DNA of 64,000 bases, from the NCBI GenBank assembly GCA_963845145.1, contig CAWJQU010000008.1, positions 224,001-288,000 of the forward strand. Reading direction: 5' to 3'. Source of the stretch: an uncultured delta proteobacterium. GTDB lineage: Bacteria > Desulfobacterota > Desulfobacteria > Desulfobacterales > QNYZ01. The translations under genes and the position numbers were made by a program. Shown piece by piece: positions 1-9,342 of this stretch. The notes under the pieces were generated by a model. That model was given only the letters and a program-made list of their open reading frames with translations. It did no database searches and was not told the DNA's origin. Within the stretch, counting starts at the first letter, position 1. The number at the start of each line of letters is the position of its first letter.

Positions 1-5
1 TATCA

Positions 6-631
6 TCATCTCTGTTTCTCCTCTTCAGTCATGGTCATCGGAGGAATACCAACATTAATCCATTCCTGATTCACTTTTTCCCAATATTTCTTTTTATATC
101 TATAAGGTATTTCGCTAAATCTGCTTAGCTGTACGAACATTTTTCTTTCTTTCCTCAATCGTCTTCAACTTCGGCAACTCATATAAAACATACTTTCCCG
201 CAGGCGGCCAAGATTTATTCTCTCCCGCCGCATTTGCCCGCTTATGCCATAACGTCCCATAGCCCGGTTTGAAAATTTCAAGATTCGCCGAAGGCCATCC
301 TTTGACGCTGTCCAGTCTTTCGCACTTGGTCTGTATCTCTAATTCTCCATTTGAATCGGTCAATGTTTCACGGCCATGGGCAACATATGAATTTGAACCG
401 GCAATAGACATACTCGATCTATGATACACTACCAGTACCACTGCCCCTTCGATTGGTTTTTTGGTATCCGTGTCGATCACCTTCCCCTTAAATGCCGACA
501 GATGTGTTTTGTTAAACATGCCACAACAACCAGAAGACCCGATTAACAAAAACAATAAAATGAATGCATAAATGACCTTGAACCACCTTTTTCGAGCATT
601 TGCTTTGACTATTTCTATGCAAACTCTCCAT
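6..631 (-). pseudogene. Putative lipoprotein with carboxypeptidase-regulatory-like domain, frameshifted
   Basis: ORF 115..657 has a hydrophobic stretch, SSGC lipobox-like motif and GKVIDTDTKKPIEGAVV. The ATG after the AGGAG RBS (631) is out of frame with the ORF body. A plausible C-terminus (RFSEIPYRYKKKYWEKVNQEWINVGIPP...) continues in another frame to TGA at 6-8. Confidence 0.5.
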
Positions 632-691
632 GACGATCTCCTATAAAAAGTCAACATAAGCGCTTAGCAAACAAACGCTTGGTTAATATCG

Positions 692-1806
692 TCATCCAGC
701 TAAGGCCAATGGCCGGTTAACTGGTGTTACTCTTTCTATCTTCTTACCTACAGGTGCCATTTTTGTCGGATCGAATGGCTCCTGTGATTTTAAAATTGCA
801 TATATAATCGTGCTTATTTTTCGAGCTGTTGCTATAATGCTTTTACCAGTGCCCTTGTGCTTTTTCATATCTTGATATCTGGTCATAATCCTATAGTTGC
901 CGGTTACTTTCCGATAACGATTCATTCCCATCACAACCTGGACAAACGCTGTCCTCAACTCAACCGGGCCTCTTTTTGTTATATGACCGTGACGAATCGT
1001 CTCGTTGGAATTTTGAACCCAGGGAACCAATCCAGCATGAGATGCATATTTCTTTGCACTTTCATAACGATTGATATCATCAGTATAAGCCCGAATGGTC
1101 GCTGCCGTTATGAGACCAACACCAGGTATTGTTTGTAAAAGCGCCACATCCTCATCCCCGGCGACAAGCTCGGCCAAAACTTTTCAAGACGTTTGACCTC
1201 AGAAGCTACCTGGTCTATGCTGTCTAATAGCGGTTTTACCGCTAAGGCAGCGTTTCCGTAACTCCTATGGTCTTCGAGACCGCAAAGGATTCGCTGCCTT
1301 TCTTTTTTACTTTGCAGCTGTCCTCGCTTGCTCTCGATCCCATAGCCCATTAAAAGACCGTGTACTTGATTCTTTAAAGATACCATTGCCTTGACCAGTA
1401 TGGAACGGGACTTGATAACCCGGCGGATATCTTCACTCTCTTGACTGCATAAAACCGACTCGGGAAGCATGTCCTTTTCAAGAAATTCGGCAAGAGTTCT
1501 GGCATCACGTTTATCCGTCTTTTTGACCGATTCGGTCACCACCTTGAATTTCATCGTATTGACGACTTTGACATCAATACCTGCCCGTAAAAGTTGGTTA
1601 CAAAAGTACCGCGTGTTACCGGTTGACTCCACCGCAGCCGTTACCTCATACCCATTTCCCATCAGCATGGTCATCTTTCGACAAAATGCTTCATAACCTT
1701 GCTTGCTCGTCGGATATATACCCGATTCATCTACACTGCGATCTTCGCTTAAAACGCACACTGTAAATTGCGTCTTGTGAAGATCCACTCCAACACTAAT
1801 CTTCAT
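692..1806 (-). pseudogene. IS110-family transposase/recombinase (DEDD RuvC-like plus Transposase_20 domain), split by a 1-nt frameshift near 1180
   Basis: The N-terminal half has VGVDLHK, VESTG and KTDKRDA. The C-terminal half has LLQTIPGVG, HAGLVP, QNSNE and GHITKRG. The halves join at GAAAAGTTTTGG if one A is added. RBS GAGGAGG precedes the ATG at 1806. Confidence 0.9.
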
Positions 1807-1824
1807 GGCCTGCCTCCTCTTATG

Positions 1825-1968
1825 TTTTGGACAGCACCTGTTTGGTGAATTGTTCCAATCTCCTATTCGGTCTCGAAGACCATTGAATGCTACGGCTACG
1901 GCTCTTCAATCTCCTTTGCGGTCTCAAGGACCATTAAAAATGTCGAACAGTAGCCTTGCTGTCCAAAA
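1825..1968 (-). ncRNA. Putative bridge RNA/seekRNA of the IS110 element
   Basis: A perfect 12-bp closing stem (1825-1836/1957-1968) encloses two near-identical GGTC-N5-GACC hairpin units 51 bp apart. Their variable flanks match the target and donor junction sequences. Confidence 0.7.
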
Positions 1969-2115
1969 TTATATTTTTTGCACAGCATAACTCAATTCAC
2001 GGCTCATGAAGACTTTTTTATCATTCCTCCTTTGATAGCTTTTAGATATTTAATACCTTTCAATCTTCCAAATACCGTTTTTATCCACGGCTGAAGTAAA
2101 TATAATAGGTAAGCG

Positions 2116-3151
2116 TTATGACCTGCCCGTCGATATCACGCTGATGGGGAGAATTCTATATTTGGCTCGGTCGCCTTCCATAAAAACAGGTTCAATTTCC
2201 TGCATCTGTTTTGCAAGGTTTGGAAGTTCGGTACCCAAGAGAGTGTACATTTCTCTATGTTCTTCTTTTGATATTTCACTATGATATACCGAACGCCCCA
2301 CTCCACATTCCCTGCAACCAATGCAGCCTTCATCCCCACCCATTTATCTTGAAGTAACGCATCCACGGCCACTTCATCGACCACCTCAACAACCACTGAA
2401 TCGGTATAAGAAAGCTCCCTGACCATCTGAGACCGTGGCCGTGAAAGTATAGATCCCTTCGGTGGCTCATAACAACCTTGTATTCATCATGGCTGCTTTC
2501 CACAAATTCCACCGTATCGGGTCCTACTTATGAGATATTCGAAGAGGTAAAATTAAAAGACGCCTCGATTTGCAAAGTGGTCTCAAAGGGGGCCATCCCG
2601 GATACCGGATCGGCACTGATGGTGATGTATTCCCCTGAGGTATCCGCATTTACCGTAATCGAATCGGTCATAACAACCCCCGATACATCGGTGGCTCTGG
2701 CGGTGATGATGTTTTCACCGTGAGCAAGGGGCACATGGTTGGCCGTAAAAAGATTACCGTCCATCATGGCCAAAATTCCATTAACCGTGACTCCGGTTTC
2801 AAGATTACCGGCATGACTGACAGTTCCTTTTACGGATAGTGTTCGACCAGTGACATTGGCGTCGTCTAAAGGTGATGTGATTTTAAGGGTGACCGGGTTA
2901 TAAACCGTCACCGTCACATCAGCGGCTCTCGTTCCCCCTAATCCTGTGGCCGTTAACGTGTAGGTGGTGGTTTGCATGGGGGTCACGGTCAATGATCCAT
3001 TCAGATCGACTGAACCGATATCCGGTTCAATGCGAACACTATCGGCATCATTTGACGGCCAAGTTAATAAGCTTGAGGTCCCTTCGCCACCAATGTGAAC
3101 TATTTCAGGGTCGGAGATAGAAAAAGCCGTATCGCATTTAAAAAACGACAC
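2116..3151 (-). pseudogene. Decayed Ig-like/PKD-repeat surface protein fragment
   Basis: Ig-like repeats (TTTYTLTATG, ITSPLDDA, PLAHGENIITARATD). There is an in-frame TAA at 2528 and several frameshifts, after which similar sequence resumes (ORFs 2330..2512, 2136..2426, 2116..2343). Confidence 0.7.
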
Positions 3152-3558
3152 GGCTCATTTACTTAGCTTGTGATTTATGCAGGGATCCGGGCACAACGCC
3201 AATGCCCGATCATCATTATGATGGGCGTGCAGATACTCGGTACAGTCAATTATCAGTTTGGACTTTCCCACAGCAATAACCCAGAATCCGGAGCAGGCAG
3301 CACACAAGTCAGTTAACGCAAAATTCTGTTGAACAATCGTCGATTAAGTGGACACTTCAAAAAACTGAAATTTGAATTACAATTGCTATGTCGGTACTTG
3401 TTGAACACCTCTTTGTCAATAAAAAAAATTTGATCAAGGATTAAAAGGTTGGGCTGTAATGGTTGTTTTGAAAAATCTCCGAATTAATCTCTAGGTTGAA
3501 AATAAATAACGCCCTTATAAGATGACACCGATATCAACCGTAAGGTAAAGATAACAAA

Positions 3559-6126
3559 ATGACCAACCCAAACGAATCCGCTTCACCACAGACCAACGCC
3601 GGGCTAGGGACCTTCGCCGGCGTTTTCACACCGAGTGTATTGACCATTCTCGGTATCATCCTTTTTTTAAGATTGGGCTATGTCGTTGGCAACGCCGGCC
3701 TGATGCGGGCCTTTCTCATCATCGGCCTGGCCAATTTGATATCGGTTCTGACCAGCGTGTCGCTTTCCGCCATTGCCACCAATCTCAGGGTTAAAGGCGG
3801 TGGCGATTATTACCTGATTTCCAGAACACTGGGGCTGCAGTACGGTGGTGCCATCGGCATCGTTTTGTTTTTGGCGCAATCCGTCTCCATCGCCTTTTAT
3901 TGTATCGGTTTTGGGGAGGCCATTACCCATATACTGCCTGTGGACGTTTCAACTCGGATTATCGCCCTTTCGGCGGTGGCCTTTTTATTTATTTTTGCCT
4001 GGATGGGGGCCGACTGGGCCACACGATTTCAATATGTGGTCATGGTGTTGCTGACAGCCGCCCTCGTCTCCTTTTTCTGGGGTGGGTTTCTATCTTTCGA
4101 CGCTGCGACTCTCAGCAAAAACTGGGCGCGCCCGTCGGGTGGGCCCGGCTTCTGGTTGCTGTTTGCCATTTTCTTTCCGGCCGTCACCGGATTCACCCAA
4201 GGGGTCAGCATGTCCGGTGATTTGAAGGATCCCGGAAAAAGCTTACCGGTGGGAACATTTCTGGCCGTCGGCATATCGATCATTGTCTATTTTGCCGTAG
4301 CCATCATCTTTGCCGGTTCATTGCCCCAAGAAGTCATGATGCGCGATTACGGCTCCTTTAAACTGGTAGCCCGGATCGGGTTTCTCATTGACGCCGGTGT
4401 GATCGCGGCCACCTTATCGTCGGCCATGGCCTCATTTTTGGGTGCCCCGCGCATTTTGCAATCATTGGCGTCCGATCGTATTTTTACCTGGTTGCTGCCC
4501 TTTGCCAAGGGAAGTGGTGCAACAGGAAACCCACGACGGGGGGTCCTGCTCTCAGCCGCCATTGCGATAATCACCATCAGCCTGGGCAACCTGAACGTCA
4601 TCGCGCCTATCGTCTCCATGTTTTTTCTCATCTCCTACGGCCTGTTGAATTACGCCACCTTTTTTGAAGCCCGTGCCGCCAGCCCCTCCTTTCGCCCCCG
4701 GTTTAAATGGTTCGACCACCGGCTCAGCCTGTTGGGATTTCTCGCATGCCTGGGCGCCATGCTCGCCATTGATGTGACGGCCGGCGCCATCGCTATTTCC
4801 GTCTTATTCGCCATTTACCAATACTTAAAAAGAACCACCCATCCGGTCCGATGGGCGGACAGTCGGCGCTCTTATCACATCCAGAGAGTACGCGATCATT
4901 TGCTGGCGGCCACCACCCTTCCTGAACATGATCGCGATTGGCGTCCCAAGCTGCTGGCCCTATCCGGCGACTCAAAAAAGCGCCGGGAGCTGCTCAGCTT
5001 TGCCTCCTGGATCGAAGGCGGAACAGGATTTACCACCGCCGTTCGCATACTGGTTGGCAAGGGGCTGGGTATGCTGAAACAGAAAAAAGACGCTGAGGTG
5101 GAATTAAGTGACGACATTGCCGCCCTAAACGTCGAGGCATTTCCTTTGGTCGTTGTCGCGCCCGGTTTTGAAGACGGGATTCATACCATGGTGCAAACTT
5201 TCGGCATCGGTCCTTTAAAAGCAAATACATTGTTGCTCAACTGGTTTGAACAGGTTCCGGAGGGCGCCTTAAGTGTCAGGGGGTTGCGATACGGGCGAAA
5301 CCTTCGGACCGCATTTCGGCTTGGATGCAACATCATCATCCTCGATACAGAAAAATCCGAATGGTCCGATCTGGAAAAGATTACACCCGACAATCGGCAA
5401 ATCGATGTGTGGTGGTTTAACGATGCCACCAGCCGCCTGATGTTGCTGCTTGCGCATCTAATGACCCGACACCCTGCATGGTCAAAGGCGCGTATCCGTG
5501 TACTCGCCGCCGGATACGACCGGATTTCCGACGAATTTAAGGAGGACCTGAGGCAAACCATCGACGAAGTGAGAATCGAAGCGGAATCGAAAATCGTCCT
5601 TGAACCCGGCGCTAATGCCGTTGTCCAGAATTCAGCCCATGCGTCCATGGTATTTTTACCTTTTCGATTTCGGGGCAACCATGTGGTTAACCCCTTTGGC
5701 GGTGATTTCAATGATCTCTTTACCCGCCTGCCAGTCGTTGCCCTGGTCGTCGCCGCCGAGGATATCGATCTCGACCCGGAACCGGAAGAGGGTAAAGTCG
5801 GTGAAATGGCCGCCGCCATGGATGCGGTTGCCGAACGCCAAAAAAAAGCCGACTTATCGAAAAAGGATGCCGAACAGGCCAGTCTGGCAGCTGAAAAGGC
5901 ACAGGCGAGGGTAGATGAGTTTTCGCATGGCGACCTGACTGATGAGGACGAAAAAAAGCTGGCCGAGATGAAAAACGCCGCCGAGGCCGCCGCACGACAG
6001 GCGGAAAAAATGATGCGGCGGGCGGCCAAAGCGCAGGCCGGATTGGACGCAGTGGCCAAAGCGCTGGCACCAACCAACGCCAAGCAAAGCGACCCGGACG
6101 ATACACCGCCTACGTCATCCAAATAA
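3559..6126 (+). CDS. Amino acid permease / prokaryotic cation-chloride cotransporter (SLC12-like) with cytoplasmic C-terminal domain and coiled-coil tail
   Basis: Motifs LGTFAGVFTPSVLTILGIILFLRL, SLSAIATN..KGGGDYYLISRTLG, FFPAVTG, SPSFRPRF, WRPKLL and IDVWW; about 12 TM segments. Confidence 0.85.
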   Translation: MTNPNESASPQTNAGLGTFAGVFTPSVLTILGIILFLRLGYVVGNAGLMRAFLIIGLANLISVLTSVSLSAIATNLRVKGGGDYYLISRTLGLQYGGAIGIVLFLAQSVSIAFYCIGFGEAITHILPVDVSTRIIALSAVAFLFIFAWMGADWATRFQYVVMVLLTAALVSFFWGGFLSFDAATLSKNWARPSGGPGFWLLFAIFFPAVTGFTQGVSMSGDLKDPGKSLPVGTFLAVGISIIVYFAVAIIFAGSLPQEVMMRDYGSFKLVARIGFLIDAGVIAATLSSAMASFLGAPRILQSLASDRIFTWLLPFAKGSGATGNPRRGVLLSAAIAIITISLGNLNVIAPIVSMFFLISYGLLNYATFFEARAASPSFRPRFKWFDHRLSLLGFLACLGAMLAIDVTAGAIAISVLFAIYQYLKRTTHPVRWADSRRSYHIQRVRDHLLAATTLPEHDRDWRPKLLALSGDSKKRRELLSFASWIEGGTGFTTAVRILVGKGLGMLKQKKDAEVELSDDIAALNVEAFPLVVVAPGFEDGIHTMVQTFGIGPLKANTLLLNWFEQVPEGALSVRGLRYGRNLRTAFRLGCNIIILDTEKSEWSDLEKITPDNRQIDVWWFNDATSRLMLLLAHLMTRHPAWSKARIRVLAAGYDRISDEFKEDLRQTIDEVRIEAESKIVLEPGANAVVQNSAHASMVFLPFRFRGNHVVNPFGGDFNDLFTRLPVVALVVAAEDIDLDPEPEEGKVGEMAAAMDAVAERQKKADLSKKDAEQASLAAEKAQARVDEFSHGDLTDEDEKKLAEMKNAAEAAARQAEKMMRRAAKAQAGLDAVAKALAPTNAKQSDPDDTPPTSSK

Positions 6127-6201
6127 TGTCCCAACCAACCCATTTATCCGGGGTGTTGCCTGAACAATCAGGAAAAGAAGATCGGAATTTGATTTATGAA
6201 T

Positions 6202-6246
6202 TATCGATCAATTTTTTACGCAATTATGTAAATATCGATCAATTTT
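6202..6246. promoter_or_regulatory. 14-bp direct repeat (TATCGATCAATTTT x2, 31-bp period), candidate regulator binding sites for the dpp operon
   Basis: Exact repeats at 6202-6215 and 6233-6246; TTGACA at 6282-6287 downstream. Confidence 0.45.
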
Positions 6247-6487
6247 CGGAATGTTTTTTTCACTATGATGAGAAATTACCCTTGACATCCGCATGATGAA
6301 AATACTAATTAGCGGCCAGTATCAATGGGCCTGCGATATGAAGCGATCCCGATATGAAGCGCCCATGGATACCATCTTTTATGCAAGATAGTCATGGATT
6401 TTTTTTAATGAACAGGTTTTTTGTTTCGGACGGCTTCACTTCACCCCCAAACACCCTCAAAAATCGATTTGAATGAAAGGAGACGCC

Positions 6488-8233
6488 ATGAAAAAAAAGA
6501 TGTTTATCGCTCTCTCGGCAATGGTTTTGTTAGTCCTCAGCGGAGTCGCTTCTGCCGCCGATGTTAAAAATCCGGACACGTTCGTCCTGGCAGACATCGG
6601 TTCGGTGGATACCATTGATCCGGCCAAATGCTACGACACGGCCGGCTCCGGCAAAATCTGGACGGTTTATGAAACCCTGGTTTTCTTTGACGGACCGCAT
6701 ACAGGAAAATATGCGCCTATTTTGGCCACCGAAGTGCCCACCGTGGAAAACGGTGGTATTTCAGCGGACGGCAAGACCTATACGTTCAATATTCGCAAAG
6801 GTGTCAAATTCCACGAAGGGGGCGATTTGACTGCGGAAGATGTGGCCTACTCTCTGAAACGGGCCATGATCCTCGATCCTGCCGGCGGCCCCATGTGGAT
6901 GCTGCTTGAAGCTTTGACCGGCGAAGGCAATACCCACAAAGACGGCGCTGTATTACCCGGTATTTTTGAAAAGATCGGCAAGGCCATCGAAGTGAAAGGC
7001 GACAATGTCATTCTTCACTTGCCCAAACCCTACCCCCCACTTATGGGGATTTTATCCTACTCGGCCTCGGCCATTCTCGATAAAGAATGGGCCATGGCCA
7101 ACGGTTGCTGGGACGGTAACATTGCCAATGCCGCTAAATTCAACAAGCCGGATGAAGGCAAAGAGCCCCTGCGAACCATCGCCAATGGCACAGGGCCTTA
7201 TGTTCTGAAATTATGGGAAACCAGCAAGCAGATGGTGTTTGAGCGTTTTGACGGATATTGGGGACCCAAAGGCCAGATAAAAACGGGTATCGTAAAATAT
7301 GTGCCCGAGCACGCCACGCGTATGCTGATGTTAAAAGCCGGTGATGCGGACCGGGTTCATGTGGGAAAAACGTTTATCCACGAGATCGAGGCCATGAAAG
7401 GGCTCACAATCGAAAAGGTTCCTCAACTCGCCGTCACAGGGGCCCTTTTCTGCCAAAAAATTGACCCCACCGGCAACACCAGTATCGGTAGCGGCAAGTT
7501 GGACGGTGAGGGCATTCCCCCTGACTTTTTCTCCGACATTAACGTCCGCAAGGCTTTTATGCATGCCTACGACAGCGAGACTTTCATCAAGGAAGTTTTA
7601 AATGGTTTGGGATCTCTGCCTGGAACCCCGTTAGTCAGTGGTCTGGAATATAAAAAAGATCTCCCCATGTACGCCTTCGATATGAAAAAAGCGGAAGACT
7701 ATATGAAAAAAGCGTGGGGTGGTCAGGTGTGGGAAAAAGGCTTTAAAATGGTCATCACCCATAACACCGGCCGTGAAGAGCGGGAAGCCGCCGCCATTAT
7801 GCTCAAGGAAAATATCGAATCATTGAATCCCAAGTTCCGGATTGAAGTACGCAATGTGGACTGGAAAGACTATATGCCGGCCATTCGCCAATACAAGATC
7901 CCCATCTTTATCATCGGTTGGGGGGCGGACTATCCGGACCCGCATAACTTCATGTATCCGTATATGAGCTCCGACGGCACCTACGGCAAATACATGGGCT
8001 ATGTAAACCCCGAAGTTGACCAACTTCTCAAAGCGGGGATTGAAAATGTCGAACCGGCCAAGCGTGCCGCTGCGTATGAAAAACTCCAGAATATCTGGTA
8101 TGAAGACGCATTGGGTATCGCCCTGTTCCAACCCCTGGAACTGTGGGTGTATCGCGATTATGTTAAGGGTTACGTGATGAACCCCATGTTCTCACCCGCC
8201 ATCGAGTTCTTCGGGCGCCTGTCTAAAAACTAA
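6488..8233 (+). CDS. dppA: Peptide/nickel ABC transporter substrate-binding protein (family 5)
   Basis: Signal peptide MKKKMFIAL...ASA; VYETLV, DGKTYTFNIRKGVKFH, NGTGPY and GWGADYPDP motifs; AAGGAG RBS before ATG 6488. Confidence 0.9.
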   Translation: MKKKMFIALSAMVLLVLSGVASAADVKNPDTFVLADIGSVDTIDPAKCYDTAGSGKIWTVYETLVFFDGPHTGKYAPILATEVPTVENGGISADGKTYTFNIRKGVKFHEGGDLTAEDVAYSLKRAMILDPAGGPMWMLLEALTGEGNTHKDGAVLPGIFEKIGKAIEVKGDNVILHLPKPYPPLMGILSYSASAILDKEWAMANGCWDGNIANAAKFNKPDEGKEPLRTIANGTGPYVLKLWETSKQMVFERFDGYWGPKGQIKTGIVKYVPEHATRMLMLKAGDADRVHVGKTFIHEIEAMKGLTIEKVPQLAVTGALFCQKIDPTGNTSIGSGKLDGEGIPPDFFSDINVRKAFMHAYDSETFIKEVLNGLGSLPGTPLVSGLEYKKDLPMYAFDMKKAEDYMKKAWGGQVWEKGFKMVITHNTGREEREAAAIMLKENIESLNPKFRIEVRNVDWKDYMPAIRQYKIPIFIIGWGADYPDPHNFMYPYMSSDGTYGKYMGYVNPEVDQLLKAGIENVEPAKRAAAYEKLQNIWYEDALGIALFQPLELWVYRDYVKGYVMNPMFSPAIEFFGRLSKN

Positions 8234-8300
8234 CGTTTAACCAATAATATTGGGGGCGGCCGCATCTGTCGACCGCTCCCGAAATGCTGGGCAGGCAATC

Positions 8301-9332
8301 TTGGCTACCTTTATCATCAGAAGATTCATATTTTTGGCGTTTGTCCTATTCGGGGTATCGGTCCTGATATTCAGTATCCTCATGACCTTCAGTCCCGAAC
8401 GGCGTGCCATGGCCTATGTCAAATCCCCCCAGCAAGTTAAAGATCTACCCCACATTGTCGAGCAGCATGGGTTAAACGATCCTTTCTACGTCCAGTATGC
8501 CCGCTGGGTTAAAGAAGTCTCCTCGGGCAACTGGGGCTACTCGGTGGTGGCAGCCAAGCCGGTATGGGAAGCGTTCTGGTACTATTTTCCGATCACTTTT
8601 GAACTCAACCTTTTTACCATTCCCATCATTATTTTTTTAGGTATCTGGCTGGGTACGATTTCAGGCATTTACCGGGATACCTGGATCGATCATACCACCC
8701 GGATCTTTGCCATCATCGGTTGGTCATTGCCGACGTTCTTGTTTGCATTGATTATCCTGATGATTTTTTACGGCTACTTAGGCCTCTTTCCGCCCGGATA
8801 CCTCGACGATCAATTCACCCTCTGGATTCATGAAAACCCCGATCAGTTCAAACGCTACACCTATCTGTATACGATTGACGGGATCTTGAACGGCCGCTTC
8901 GACATTGCCTTAGATGCCCTTAAACGGCTGGTCATGCCGGTTTTTACCCAGGTCGTTGTGATTGTCGCCATCCTTTTAAGGGTGATGCGCTCCAGCATGA
9001 TCGAAGAGATGTCCAAAGATTATGTCATGACCGCCCTGGCCAAGGGAGCGCGCTTAAAAGACATCTATTTCAAACACGCCCGCAAAAATGCGCTGATACC
9101 GGTGATTACCGTGGCCGGCTGGCTGGCGGCCTATTCCATGGAGGGAAGTATCGCAGTGGAATATATCTTCAACCGCCAGGGCATCGGCTGGTGGTTAGCC
9201 AACGCCGCCATCTCATTGGATATTCCGGTTCTGATGGGGATTTGTCTGTTTTTCGGGCTGGTTTATGTCATTGTCAACCTGGTTCTCGATATTGTTTACG
9301 CCTTTATAGATCCGCGTATACGACTCAGCTAA
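8301..9332 (+). CDS. dppB: Peptide ABC transporter permease
   Basis: FIIRRF N-terminus, EAA loop (DYVMTALAKG), DPRIR C-terminus; TTG start inferred. Confidence 0.9.
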   Translation: MATFIIRRFIFLAFVLFGVSVLIFSILMTFSPERRAMAYVKSPQQVKDLPHIVEQHGLNDPFYVQYARWVKEVSSGNWGYSVVAAKPVWEAFWYYFPITFELNLFTIPIIIFLGIWLGTISGIYRDTWIDHTTRIFAIIGWSLPTFLFALIILMIFYGYLGLFPPGYLDDQFTLWIHENPDQFKRYTYLYTIDGILNGRFDIALDALKRLVMPVFTQVVVIVAILLRVMRSSMIEEMSKDYVMTALAKGARLKDIYFKHARKNALIPVITVAGWLAAYSMEGSIAVEYIFNRQGIGWWLANAAISLDIPVLMGICLFFGLVYVIVNLVLDIVYAFIDPRIRLS

Positions 9333-9342
9333 AAGGATTGCC

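Larger units (their letters stand above)
638..2031 (-). mobile_element. IS110/IS1111-family insertion sequence (~1.39 kb) with AGGAG core at both junctions and imperfect sub-terminal inverted repeats
   Basis: CTCCT occurs at 638-642 and 2027-2031. Sub-terminal IRs are ATAAAAAGTCAACAT (643-657) and ATGAAGACTTTTTTAT (2006-2021). The element encloses a DEDD transposase and a structured non-coding region. Confidence 0.8.

Noticed and set aside
1855..1940. Two ~30-nt repeats as a mini-CRISPR
   Set aside because: Only two imperfect copies with a ~20-nt gap, no cas genes, and a better explanation as IS110 guide loops.
5181..6143. 320-aa minus-strand ORF
   Set aside because: Antisense shadow of the GC-rich, Ala-rich end of the CCC transporter; low-complexity, with no motifs.
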